Source of the DNA: the human T2T-CHM13v2.0 reference genome, Homo sapiens
Direction: 5' to 3' (one strand)
Assembly: GCF_009914755.1 (NCBI RefSeq)
Contig: NC_060925.1
DNA: 64,000 bases
In this document: positions 29,262 to 44,790 of the stretch, in pieces
Position numbering within the stretch: the stretch's first letter is position 1
Layout of the letters: every line of letters starts with the position of its first letter
Made by a program: the position numbers and the translations under genes
Notes under the pieces: model-generated
Told to the model about the DNA's origin: nothing
Database searches by the model: none
Seen by the model: only the letters and a program-made list of their open reading frames with translations

Positions 29262-29677
29262 ATGACGTTTTCTTAAACCTAACACCTATTTTCTTCATCT
29301 TAGGTTTTGATGGATTCAAGCCTCCCTGGCAGCTGTTGGAGTATCTCACAAAACTACGTTCTGTGTAACTTGGTGCCTTTGTAGTTCCTCCTTTAATCTT
29401 AAAATGCCTCCATGTACAAATTCTTTACAAATTAGGATCATCTGTTTTCTGCCACCTGCTAATACTCTCGGATTCTAGTAATTTTTATTATTTTTTGCTT
29501 TTTTATATATTGCTTGCTCGTATTTCCTTTTTTTTTTTTTTTTAGTTCTCAGGTATCTTTTAAGAGACTGAAAACTAGGGATAATTTACTTTTTTCAGTC
29601 TACTTTTAATGTTAGATTGACATAAAAATGTGACGCAATATTTTTTTTAACAGTTTAAAATAAAATGTGTACTTATT

Positions 29678-30856
<1,179 letters not shown>

Positions 30857-31706
30857 TAAAATAAAATGTGTACTTATTTAAAAGCTATCAGAAATAATTT
30901 TGAGTTGTATGTACATACGTAAAATTATATATTTTGAAAATTTCATATTAACTTAAAGTCTTCCTATGAAGTTTTCAATGCCTTTAATATATTGGCTAAT
31001 TCAACATGCCTCACTGGTCTGCCACCTTGAATCAAGGGCTGCACTATATGTTGAGTCAGATACCAAGTTGAATTCATCAATCCAATAAAGAAGCTTGTAT
31101 TTCAGTTTATGGAATAAGTATAAAGTAATAAGTACCCTATGTGATAAATTCTATTAACAGCAGGAAGCATAAAAAGCCCACAGAAAAGAGAAATTAAATT
31201 GGTAGGGAACTAAGGAAGCCTTCAAGAGAAAATGACATTTGGAGCAGACCTTGAAGGATGAGTTCACGTGTAGTAGTTAGGGGCTCCCCTGGTACTAAGA
31301 TATTAAGTACACCTCTAAGACTTTATGATGACAGGGGGATGACACATTCCAAGGATCTGTATATGTTTATCTTTTTGAAAGTTGTGAAAATTCAGTATAG
31401 TATGAAAAGGTAGAATGGAATTTTAGAATTTAGAATTTTAGAAAAAAATTTTAAAATTTTTTAAAAAATCACTTTTAAAACAATGACAATTCTTTGTTTT
31501 TATGTTAATTCATGTGTATTTTTCATTTATGTCTTTCGAATAGCATATACATTGACTAATGTGTGTTTAATAGATTATACAAATTACTTTTTAATATTTT
31601 CATTTTATAGGACAAGAAAAGATATTGAAAAGCGGAGGTGAATATTTTTAAATGAAGAGGGGCTTCTAATGTTCACCTAAAAATGAATGAAGTAGAGCAT
31701 ACAGAT

Positions 31707-32233
31707 CTCTTCCCACTTTCAATTATTGCCAGGCAGTGGCCAAAGGGAAGTTCAACTCCTTTGTGACTTCTGACAGCAAGAAAGAACCATAAAAGGTATT
31801 TCAATGCACCTTCCCATGTTCACAGAACAATTATGTCTTCCCCTCTTTCCAAAGAGCTGAGATAGAAGTACAATGTTTGATCCATGCCCATCTGAAAGGA
31901 TGATGAAGTTCAGGTTGTGTGAGGACACTAAAAAGTTCAGCAAGTTGGCAAAGTGGTCCAAGGTTACAGGAAGAATTATGTCATTTACATTGAACGGGTG
32001 CAGCAGAAAAAGACTGGGCTAATAGGACAACTATTCGTTTGGGCATTGCCCCAGCAAGGTGGTTATTAGGTTGGAAGTGAAAAAAACCCACAAAAGATCC
32101 TTGAATGGAAAGCCAAATCTCACCAAGTGGGAAAGGAACAGGACAAACATAAGATAGAAACGATAGAGATGGTGCAGGAATAAAGTAGTCTTATATACAA
32201 TTTTCATTACAAACTACTAAAATGAAAAAAAAA
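31707..32233 (+). pseudogene. RPL26P9: Processed RPL26 (60S ribosomal protein L26/uL24) pseudogene, probably RPL26P9
   Basis: Plus-strand translation [75 protein letters not shown]...ETIEMVQE* (stop 32181-32183). Intronless, 5' TOP-like CTCTTCCC start, RPL26-type 3'UTR, A-tail at 32225-32233, ATG lost. The P9 number is from memory. Confidence 0.93.
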
Positions 32234-32336
32234 TTAATAGAGTAATAACAACTTGTTGTTATTAAATAAGGCCTGACAGTGACACACCAGGTAAAAAACG
32301 TTCACTTTTAATGAATCTGTGGGCTTATCTGTGAAA

Positions 32337-32340
32337 ATAC

Positions 32341-32396
<56 letters not shown>
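32337..32396. repeat. (TACA)n(TA)n microsatellite
   Basis: More than 20 uninterrupted TA units, seen directly. Confidence 0.95.
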
Positions 32397-32398
<2 letters not shown>

Positions 32399-33420
32399 TG
32401 TGAAAAAAATATATATAGAAGATTAGTAAAGATTTCTTAAAAGCATATAATTTTCAGCTCCTCAGATATTCCTGGTCAACATAATGCAACAACCTCCTTC
32501 AGAATTTTGAAAATAGTTATGCTTTTAAAATATGTAATCTTAAATGGGCACAAGCTTTTGTTGGCTCCTGGCCTATTTGCAGTCTTCTTTTTTTTCCACT
32601 CACCATCTGAATTATCACATGTACTGTAGAATTCTGACAATTTCACCTGTCAGTTTCTTTATACTCATGTCTTGAATATGGTAGATTTTACCTCACCAAT
32701 TGGCTGGGGATACATTAATTGCAATTTGTTTTAAGTGTAATATTTATACACATTTCTAAAATTTTCAGTATAGAGCTGTCACTCTGTGAAGAAATAGAGC
32801 CTTCCTGTCCAGATTCCACATCATTCATATATATTTCTCTGAATGTTAAAAATATAAAATGAGGAATGGAAAAAACTTTAAGAAGCATATAATTACAACA
32901 CTAATTTTATAGATGGGCATACTCAGACTAGAATGTAAATCAAGAACCAAGTGCTCCAACTGTAATTCCTTTTTGACTATTCCATTCTACCTTTTCATAC
33001 TACACTGAAGTTTCACAACTTTCCAAAAGATAAATATATACAGATCCTTGGAATGTGTCATCCCCCTGTCATCATAAAGTCTTAAAGGTGTACTTTAATA
33101 TCTTAGTACCAGGGGAGCCCCTAACTACTGTTAATTAGCTTTTTGTGCCTAGAGAAGATTTTGTGTGAGTGTTCGTTTTCAGCTACCTTCAGAGAGCAAA
33201 TCATGTCAACATGTCTCTGATTACCTTCCATGAAGAACACCAACTCAAATGACGTGCAGGTGCCAAACGTTGAAGAACTGCTGTAAGCATCACTTTTAGT
33301 AAATAAAATTAAATTTGTCAGCTTATGGGGGCTATTTTCTAAAAATAGTCCCAGGTTCATATTTGTTGTAATTAAATTAAAACTAGAAAACATCAGTTAT
33401 CTGTAGAAAATACATGTTTA

Positions 33421-33728
<308 letters not shown>

Positions 33729-34840
33729 GCATGTTTAGCCATAAGAAATTGATGACAAAACTATCCATAGACATAGCTTTAACATGGTCCTTTGACATTA
33801 AAAATATCTGAGAAGAGGCCTATAGGTCATGCCACAAAAATGATCTATTATGGGGTATGCTGTGTGGTGGTGGAAAAAAATCAGGTAAAAGGCACATTCT
33901 TTTAAATGTTGTGCTATTTCAAAGTTGTAGTACCAGATGAAGAAAAATTTGATGAACAGACTGAGCAATCCGGTATTGTTATTTTTCTAATTAAAATAAT
34001 AAAGTAGCATTAATTATCAAAACAGTTAACCCTCTCAATAGCTAAAACATGTAAAAACTGACATACCAAAGTTAAATCAGTTACCATTTTGACAAACAAA
34101 CAAAGGGAAGCTAAGGCGTACCAGGGGTAGCATGCAGGCCCCATAAAAATGCAGCAGAATTAAAGATCAATCGTGTTTTGCTCCTATTGGAAAATTGAAT
34201 ATGTAAATAACAGATCTTTGAAATATACTTTGTGTGTGGGATTGTGCTATTAAAAGTAAATTTGAAACCATCCTCTTCTCGGTAATAATTAATAAGAAAT
34301 ATAAAGTCCTTCTCTAACCTTATCCTTTAAATTTATCAACTCTAGCAGGTCTGTTGAGTTCTGACCTTCATGCCTCCTTTTAGGGATTCCCAACTGCCTA
34401 AAGCATCCTTGCAGTTCTATCTGATCTGTCAACAGCTTTTAATACCAGCATTTTGGGGGATTCTGTTATCCTGTGAAATTTAATCTCACCTATTTAAGCT
34501 TGCAGAAAGTACTGGAGGGAATTATTAACAGATTTTCCCTCATCTTCTTAAAGGATAGTGTCGAGTGATTGGCTGGTTTCCCTAAGGACCCATGGCTGAG
34601 AAGCGCTAGTTTGTCAGTAGCATCCTATTTAGCATGTGTGTGAGGCCACAAGGGAGCTGGAAAGACACTTGGAATCAGAATTACATCAATATGCTGATGA
34701 TGCCTGCATATCTTCATTTCATCAAACCTATATCCTTTAGTATTAATGCTTTCTTAGCCAAGATGGAAAGTACCTCCACACAGCACACTGTTTGTGACTC
34801 TAATTAGACAGCTGGAAAGCATGTTGATGATACATCAGAG

Positions 34841-35006
34841 CAGTGGACCAGCAACCTCAGCATCACAAGGAAACTTGTTAAAAATGCAAATTCTCAGACC
34901 CACCCCAGACTTACTGAATCAGCAACTCTAGGGACAGGGCCCAGCAATCTGTGTTTAACAAGCCCTCTAGGTGACTTAATGCACCCTAAAGTTTGAAAAC
35001 CTCTAC
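34841..35006. mobile_element. MER5A-like relic
   Basis: AAATGCAAATTCTCAGACCCACCCCAGACTTACTGAATCAG..CCCAGCAATCTGTGTTTAACAAGCCCTC. Confidence 0.8.
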
Positions 35007-35148
35007 ATTAGAGAAATGGGATGTGTTTGTCACTACAGAGTCTATTGGATGATGTCTCCTACTTTTGTGGATTAAAACATTCCTGAGTCTAACCATATAG
35101 TTCTTGGTTACTAACCACATAATATACATGGTCTCAAACAATTCCATG

Positions 35149-35494
35149 TGTATGGTTAAGCTTTGTGCCCCCACTCAATTCTCATTTTGAATTGTAATCC
35201 CCATAATCCCCACCTGTCAAGGGAGAATCATGGGGGTGGTTCCCCCATGCTGTTCTCATGATGGTGAGTGAGTTCTCACAGATCTGATGATTGTATAAGT
35301 GGCTCTTATCTTTTTGCTCAGCACTTCTCCTTCCTGCCACCTTGTGAAGAAGGTGCCTTGCTTTCCTCCATGATCGTTAAGTTTCCTGAGGCCTCCCCAG
35401 TCATGCTGAACTGTGAGTCAATTAAACCTCTTGCCTTTATAAATTACCCAGTCTCGGGCAGTTCTTCACAGCAGTATGAAAATGGACTAATAAA
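35149..35494 (+). mobile_element. MaLR solo LTR (THE1D-like)
   Basis: TG..TATGGTT..CCCCAC..GGACTAATA. 5-bp TSD CCATG on both sides. Confidence 0.88.
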
Positions 35495-36689
35495 CCATGT
35501 TAAATGTAACTGGCTTCTGTCATAATTCATATTTGTCACTAAAGGATAAGTAAACTTCATATTGTTCTGTATTTCCCTCACTCAGAGAATGAGAATTAGA
35601 CTGCACCATCAGACATATACATGTTGACATGCCTAATGGTGAGGCATTTTACTGACAAACCATGCTATTTCCAAATTACACCCAAGAGTCCATGACCATT
35701 AAATAACACACATATTTGACGACATCTCTAAATGTCCCTGTCCCTCAATCTTCACTGACTCTAAAGAAACCAAATGTGGCTGAAGTTTTTACTAGGGGAG
35801 ACAGTGTAGGAGAAAGAAGACAATTACTCAAGAAATTAGGGCCAATATTAAATTCTTCATATTGGCTAAAAATTATGTGCTAGACCTAACCTTTCAAAAC
35901 CTGTATCTTAAAGTAGATAATGATATTGGACCTGTACTCTCCTGACTTTCCAGTTTCATGAGTGTTAGCACTGCAATATTTTGGCTCCTCTTTTGATGTA
36001 TACAAAACCAAGCAATGGCCATAAAGGATTAACACTGAAACTTCTATGAATGCCAAAAGTTCCCAGTCCTTACATGGTATTACCCCTGGTAAGAGAATCA
36101 ATCCTGAAAACTTTGCATAATCTAATCATATATTACTTATTATTCCATCTCTCCAAGAAATTTTGCCTATAATTATGAGATGAACCTTCAAAGGCCTACT
36201 GTTATAATATTTATCTAACTTGGAAGGTATTAGCCCGTGTAATGCTAGAAAGCCTTCGGTGCTGATTCCCTCCAGTAAATATTCATTCCACAATTATTGG
36301 TTGAATCTTTTATAGGTAGCACCCAAGGTGCTAAACAGGCGGAAGGTAAAAGTGACCCAGAGAGATGATCATGGCCCTTTCTCTCATGAAGCTCAAGGTC
36401 AATTAGTTTTAATATCATATAAAAATTTGGTTAATTGTAAGCTAATAATAAAATAATTCAAACAATCTAACATTTGTTCTTCTAGTTTTAATTAAGACCA
36501 GACCCATTTGAGTTCTACTAAGCTCTACTGCAGGCAGGTTACCTATTATCTCAAGGATCTGTTGCTTCTCAACACTTTGGTAATCAAGTTTCAGGCAGCT
36601 GAGCTCTGGCCTTCCAAGGTGCTATGCCTCTACTCTGATCCTGTGCTTCTTGTAATCTACTCACATTAACCAATAGCTCACTCTTTTAC

Positions 36690-37377
36690 TTAGCCCCTGA
36701 CTAGCCTCTCTGCTTCTGATGCCACTCCACTATAGTCAATTCTCAGCAGAGTAGCCATTTTAAAATTTAAATCAGAGCTTGGCGCTTCTCTGTTCAAAGC
36801 AGCCCAGTGATTTTTCTCTTTCAATGAGAGTAAAAGCTAAAGGTCTTATGAATGCCTACAATACATAATCCGGTCAGCCACATTCTGTCCTCTCTTACTC
36901 TATTCTGATGATACTGGCGTTTTTTCTATTCCACAAATCCAGAAGACTTCCACAATAAAGGGTGAAGGCATTTAGCTTGCCATGGAATGTTTATCTCCTG
37001 GATGCCTACTTTCCCTCAACTTCCTCATCTCTTTGTTCAAAAATCATCTCATCGGAGAGGTCTTCCAGGGCCACCCTGTTTAAAATGGCAAACCCTGCCT
37101 TCTCTTCCACCATTATCCTCATCTCTCACACACTCATTATACTCCTATATTAATTTTTCTCCACAGTTCTAATTACTTTTCAATATATTATTTATGTGAC
37201 AGTTTATTTGTTTAATTATTGGGTATCTTCTGTCACTAGGTACAAATTCCATGAGGGCATGAAATTCTAACTGGTTTGCTGACTGTTGTATCTAAGTTGC
37301 CCAGAACAATACCTGGTACATAATAGATGCTCAGTAAATGTAGTTTTAATAAATGAATGAATGAATGAATAAATAAA
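36690..37377 (+). mobile_element. L2a 3' fragment
   Basis: CCATGAGGGCA..CCTGGTACATAATAGATGCTCAGTAAATG..(TGAA)n terminus. Confidence 0.75.
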
Positions 37378-38226
37378 TTCATACCGCTACCCTCTTCTTA
37401 TCTGGTCTCAGTTTGTTTGTGTCTTAGTTCTACCTAAGACAGAAGAAATAACCACCATTCATTTCCAGTGACCCTTGCAAATGGAAGATGACTATGATAT
37501 AAAATGTGAAGTAAATTGATATTGCCAATCAGTGTCATCTTCCCCTTCCAACCCTCAAGAAGTCACCTTTGGTAATGAAACTTTTCTAACATTGGAATCA
37601 GAAGGATAAGACTTAATATTTAAAATGTTTAGTTCAAAACCTATTTCTCAAGTACAAACTATGTGCCAGGTCCTGTGCTATGCACAGGAATACAAAGATC
37701 AAAATGTTTCTTTCTATGTGTAAAAAAAAACCATGATTACACTAATTATTGCCTAAGACTGTATCCCAGGAAAAAAAAAAAAGAAACCTATGATCATAAA
37801 AACTACCTTGGATTTTATAAAAAAGTCTAAAAAGGGTAGATTGGATGGAGAAAAGTCCAGATAATAAACGTGGAATTTGAAACTCAGCCATGAACCAATG
37901 GTGACCCTGATATTTTGGTAAGATTAATTTGTAATGTGGGTAATCTACATATGACAAATTACCTATTGACTACAGCTATAATTCTTGCCTAGTATAGAGA
38001 CTCCAAACACATTCAGGCATTCCGAAGCAAGTCAAGTTCATAATACTGATTTGATTTAAATGAGTAATTTATCTTTCTATAAATACATTTGGTTCTTGTT
38101 CTCAGAACTAATATTCTTTATAAGGTATTATATTTCTCTAATAGCATTAAAATTTGAGAAGTGTGTAGTACATGTAAATAGCCGATACCTCACCCAAGAC
38201 TACTCACCAGTCACTGGTAAGAATGA

Positions 38227-38543
<317 letters not shown>

Positions 38544-39040
38544 AAACGTTATTTTTAGTATGCTAACTAACTACTAATTTTGAGTAGTGCTTATATTAGA
38601 GCACTTTAAAAATATACATGACACCCTTTTCTTTCTATTTGCTTCACAAATAATGAACTGACTGAAAGTATGACCAAGGTATACATCTTAGAATGCAGTC
38701 TGTAAATTGGCTTACGGAAAATTCCGTATGTGTCTTATTACCACATTCTTCTAATATGCATACATTTTGTGAAGAGTACCTACTATTCAGGATATGGAAG
38801 ACTTAGCACTTTACATTGTTACTAGTTACATAGAATACATTTCAAGCATATTAACACTAACAAGAAGCCCTTGAGTATTGACAAAGATTAAATTTCTCAT
38901 TTTACCCAAATCAGTATTACAAATTTTCTTTTACTTGGAATGTCTGAATTAGAAAAGAAACAATTATGTGTAGCCCTGAAATTTTTAAACTTGAATTTGA
39001 CAATTTCAACATTCTAGCGATTTAAACATTAACAGTTTCA

Positions 39041-39322
<282 letters not shown>

Positions 39323-40885
39323 TCAAAAGATACTTGTACTCAAAGCAGTGTAAAATTGCATCTTGCAGTTTTCCAGGATGAAGTGTCACTATCAAATTAT
39401 TCTGCTTCATTGAAAGACAGTTTTATTCCCATTTTAAAAATATGCTCATATATGTAATTTCATAGTCAGTATCTTTAGTTTCTTTTTTCTTCTAGGATTC
39501 CTACAACACATTTTGAGAAGTTTAGGTCATAACAGACTGGAATCAATCAATTAAAACTCTCTTCATCAAAATTGTGCTATCTATCTTTAACTCAGCATAA
39601 TTTTCCTTTTGCTAGAAGAAAAAAGTGATCCTTATGATCTGTGTTAACGGTTTGCAATATTTCATTATAATACTTTTTTATGTATTACCTTATATAATTT
39701 CTAACACATACCTCTGTTATATATTTTGTTAACTTTGAATATTAACGTGCTGAATAAGTGTCCTTTATGTAACTGAAGAATTTCTGAGAACTATTTTCTT
39801 GAAATAGTTCAAATAAATCTTTCTCCCTTTCACTGCTTTCCTCTGGTTTTGTTTGTGAAACTGGGCAGTAAAAGAAATATGACTTTCTAAGCATCCATTT
39901 CTCAAGGTCATCTCTATTAAGATTTGCTGTCCATATGAAGATCCTTGTAAAAAAAGTAAAATGCAAGTATTCCTTATGTGTTAGGTAGCAGTGTATAATA
40001 AGATTAAATAAAACTGTTTATAAGATCAATTACTATAATTTTTTAAATGGTACCAAGAATAGAATAAACCTATAATTTCAATAAGTGTAATCATTTTGCT
40101 TGGAAGATTTTGTATTTGGGACACTCTGTAATTTTCAAATACAAGCTAGGTGCACTATGACCTTCCTCAGAAAGGGTTTCAGACATACAAACATCCAGTT
40201 CTACTGAGAGGCAGAAGGTGGAGAGGGTATGCATCTTTAGCTGTAAACTTCTGAAGAATAATTTAATATAGAAAGTTTCTTACTGTTTTAAGTCCTGGGA
40301 GAAGCATAAAAGTTTGTATCATTTCTACATGTAATTAATGTAGGAATAGCTGTGGCTCAGACCTCTTTAAAAATATACATTTGAAGGATTTAGATTATCT
40401 GACTTTGGATAAAATATTACAATTTTCCCCAAAGACAATGACTCTGGTCAGGCCAAACCAAGGTACAACCTTCATTCAGGTGGTTCTTCTTGGGGTGTAT
40501 AAAGTGATAGGGTGTCTATCAAAGTCTTTTATTTTAACATCATAAAATTACTGTTTAAGAGAAGACAGTCAATCTTTCTGCCTGTGTAGATACAAATCAT
40601 ATAAGATATGTGACGATTCATGCCATTTCTTTGAAAAACATCTTCCAATGTTTGTTAAGGACTTGCTTACCTTGAAGCAATTTTTCATGATGTAGTTTAG
40701 ACATATATATTACAGTGAAAATTCCTTACGATGATACTTTATTGGAAGAATGAACAAACAGATGATTCTGGCAAACTGTTATACCCGGCCTTTTTTTTTT
40801 TAATTTTACATTTGGGTCTTAGGCAAGGTTGGGTGTGAGAGCTGAACAATGTGCTGCTGAGCTTGATTTTGATATTAATTTATCA

Positions 40886-41092
<207 letters not shown>

Positions 41093-41399
41093 CTATTAGA
41101 TATTAAAACAAAAAAGAAAACTTTAATCTTTGAAATAATGTCATTCTTAGAGGAAAACATCTGTAAGCAAATCAATATAAAATGTACATAATACAGTCTA
41201 ACGGATCTCAGAGTATATTATGTATATCTTTAATATATAACCAAGTACACATCGTAAATCACACATTAATGTATACCTATAAATATATGGAAACATATGT
41301 ATATACACACATAAACATATATAACATTACAGGGAAAATCAGGTTATATTCTTGCCTCATATCATAAATAAGTCAGTTTCAGCTACATTAAAGTACTAA

Positions 41400-42270
41400 A
41401 TATAAAAAAAGTTAAAAATGGGTACATATTTATCTAATTCCTGAATAAGTAAAATCATTTCTTTTTTAATGAAAGAAAAAAATTAAAGGAAAAAACAATG
41501 TATTTTGCCACAATAATTCAACCACTGCTAAATTTAAAAAATATAAATGAATTAAAACGAAAATTATTAACCAAGAAGATGTTTTAATAATTAAATGTCT
41601 TTACTGTATAAATTCTCCAAATCAGTAAGGAACATATTAGCTTTTCAATGGAAACATAAAGAATAATAAAAATTGGGAGAAGAAAAAATATAAATCACCT
41701 ATAAGCACTAAAAATATTAACTTCATTAAGTCATTAAACTGCAAATTAAAAGAATAAAATTGTAACTTCTCTATAAAAAGAAAAATATTTAAGAAAATTA
41801 AACTATACACCAAGGGTAGACATGGAACTTGTCATACTCTTTCAGTGGAAATATACATTGGTGTTCAATATCTAGAAAATAGTCTTAAATCTATCTTAAG
41901 AAAATACTGACACATGCAAATAAAGGTTTAATGCACAAAAATGATTAATACAGAAAGAGGAAAATAAGATGAGAGAGTACCAGAATGTCAGGTAAATGAA
42001 GAAATTAGTTTTACCGTATAAAAGAAAAAGACAACAGAACGAATATTTGAGAAATATGGTATAAGATTGTAATCAAAATACAGTCTTAAATGAACCTGCA
42101 GGATTCAAAACTCTGTATAGTATAATTCAAATTTTGTAAAAAAATGTATTAATATAAACCATGTAATCTAAACAGAGATCATTTAGAGTGGTGGTATTAA
42201 GGATATTCCAATTTTTATTATTTCCTTATTTTCCAAATTTTCTACATTGTACATATATCAACTATAAATT
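41400..42270 (+). mobile_element. Ancient L1M (L1ME-like) 3' fragment
   Basis: A-rich, TGCAAATTAAA and TTTTCCAAATTTTCTACA motifs. Highly diverged. Confidence 0.45.
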
Positions 42271-43363
42271 AGTAAATTCTTACCAAAACTTTGAAAGGAA
42301 AATAAATGGCAGACTAAATTTTTTCCAAAGTGTAAATGAAGAAAATCTTATAGCAGTCACCCCATCCAAGGCAAGTAGAGAAATAATTCATCTCAATTCC
42401 ATAAATGCAGGGGAAAACATGTAGTTTTATTTTATTACTAAGACTCATTCTACCAATGGGTCATTCTAGAGAGGCAGGAGTTTATTTTACAATGAAATGA
42501 AGGGCAATGGACATTTGCTGGTAGATACAGAGTAATAAGCATAGCCGAAGGATGACTTTTGTCATATGAGATAAGGTGGGTGCCATATCTGATCTGAAAG
42601 CTGAAGGTTTCTGTGGGTTGCCTGTAATCAGCAATAAACCACCATTGTCTCTTCAGATTAAACCAAACATTTTTCTTCCCCATCCAGCATCCCCTGAATC
42701 TCCTTTTCCATAGCATTTGCTCATAAATGATTTTAAAAGAACTTTTGCTTTCAAAATGATTTCCATTATGTAGTAGCATAGTTAGGGGAGCCACCTCACC
42801 TGCCTTTGCCTCAGCTTCTCTGTAAAGGAAATGGGGATAAGACTGTTTCCCCCTTTTATGACATAAAAAGGTATATTAGTAACAGAAACAATTATATAAA
42901 TGGGTGGCCGTTTATGTGATTCTTTTAGAAAACCTGGGTTGGAGGGATGGGGTTGGTAAAAATAGCTGAATATGTTCTTGAAGGCTCTCTAATGACAAAA
43001 TGATTTCTTCTGAAACCTGTTAAAAGAAGACTGAAGTTAGGTCTACATTTGACTATTCAAACCAACATATACATATGCTACATATAATTAGCTTTTCTTT
43101 CCAGTTTATTTAGCCACACCCCAGGTCACACATAGGGCCTCAAGGTCCACGGAGCCCTCCTCCTCTACCTGGGTGACAGGTCATCCCTTCTGGCCAGGGA
43201 CAGTGCATCTGAAGGTCTCCATGTGGATACTTTGATAGTCTATGCTAATCATAGTGCTGTGGGATGATCAGAAGCAGGGATTTTGTCACTAGACAGACTT
43301 TGGTATGAGTCCTTCCTCTCTCATTTACCAGTTCTGTGGTATTGTATAAGTTCCTGTGAATCC

Positions 43364-43760
43364 TGTGAAGGTTAGGGTTAGATGTCAATTTGGCTAGGCT
43401 ATAACACCCGTTAGTCAATCAAACACTAAGGTAGGTATTGCTGGGAAAGCCTTTTGTTGATGTGATTAATATCTACAACCACTTGACTTTAAGGAGATTG
43501 CCTCAATAATGTGGGTGGGCCCTATCCAATCAATTAATCAAAAGGCCTTAAGAACAAAATTGTGGTTTCCCTGAGGAAGGAGAAATTCTGTCTTAAGTCT
43601 GCACAATCAGCTCCTACTTGGGAGTTCCAGTCTCCTGTCCTGCGCTAAGGAGTTGGACTTACCAGCTCCCACAATTAAATAGCCCAATTCCCTAAAATAA
43701 GTCATCTCTATCTACCCATCTGTCCATCCTACTAATTATGTTTTTCTGGAGAACCCTGAA
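43364..43760 (+). mobile_element. ERVL solo LTR (MLT2D-like) interrupting a MIR
   Basis: TCAATCAAACACTAA, GTGGGTGGGCCCTATCCAATC, GGTTTCCCTGAGGAAG and CTGGAGAACCCTGA motifs. Confidence 0.8.
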
Positions 43761-44476
43761 ATTGATTTTCCACTACTTCATTTCTAAAAACAGAGATAAA
43801 AATTCTACTTCTCTCATGGATGTGAGATTTTTTAAAAATGTTAAAAAAATTACAAAATTATGAAAATATTAAAAATATATCCATATGGATAAACCATATA
43901 TATAATTGAGAGCTGGCACATCGTGAATACTCATTAAACATTAGCTATTAATATTAAGATAGGTTTATTCTATAATTTATCAATTATTTCATACTTCATA
44001 TTGCATGGCAAGGAAAGAATAAAAGCTTAAATAAAAATAAAGTATTAAACCTTAGCATATGTAAATCAAGTTCCACAAAGAAAGAAAAATGAGGCAACCT
44101 TAAGTGAAATATGAAAGAAAATGAAACTTGCAAATAGTCATCTATCAAAGGAAGACTTCTCTGAGAGTAGGTGGCATATTAATAAATAAGGTATGTGTCT
44201 ATACTAGGATGATTTCAAAATGACACTGAAATGACTTTTTAATTCACCTTTCAGTGTGAAAAAGAGAGTTTATGAATAAAGATGAATTGACAAAGATTTG
44301 ACAAACAAAACAGTTCAGCGTAGTAGATATGTATAGTCTTTGTCTTTCAAGGAGGCCGGATAGTTTGTTTCTTTAGAATAGTTATTGAAGTTTTTGGTGT
44401 TTTAGCATGCATTTATACAAAGGAACACCTCCTTAAGAATTATTTTTAAATGGTGATTTTCACGTTCTCTGAAAAA

Positions 44477-44533
44477 GAAGGGAGGGAGGGAGGGAAGGAG
44501 GGAGGGAGGGAGGAACGAAGGAAGGAAGGAAGG
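44477..44533. repeat. (GGGA)n/(GGAA)n purine tract
   Basis: Seen directly. Confidence 0.9.
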
Positions 44534-44569
44534 ATCCTGCTTATGTTACAGAAAATTTAAATTAACTTT

Positions 44570-44790
44570 TATTGACTACAGACACTACTCTAAATGCCTG
44601 GCCCCCAGGTGATTATTATATAACTCATTTTAATTCTCAAAATAATTGTATGAGACAACTGATGTTATTATCCACATTTTAAACATGAGGAAATTGAGGC
44701 ATATAGGGATTAAGTAACTCGCTGAAGGATCACAGAACATGTAAGAAGCAGCGCCAATTTCTAACGTGGACACTGGTTGTAGAGTCTATG
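44570..44790 (-). mobile_element. MIR
   Basis: ATTATCCACATTTTAAACATGAGGAAATTGAGGC..TTAAGTAACT..AGGATCACA. Confidence 0.7.

Larger units (their letters stand above)
31272..33129. repeat. Inverted repeat, 150/151-bp arms (31272-31421 and 32979-33129), ~1.56-kb spacer
   Basis: Manual alignment of the left arm with the reverse complement of the right arm: 5 substitutions and 1 indel (~96%). Confidence 0.95.

Noticed and set aside
31752-31961. 69-aa minus-strand ORF
   Set aside because: Antisense shadow of the RPL26 pseudogene.
31272-33129. Transposon carrying RPL26 between 150-bp TIRs
   Set aside because: No TSD is evident outside the arms, the arms are much more alike than expected for the extinct human DNA transposons, and the junction filler fits repair synthesis.
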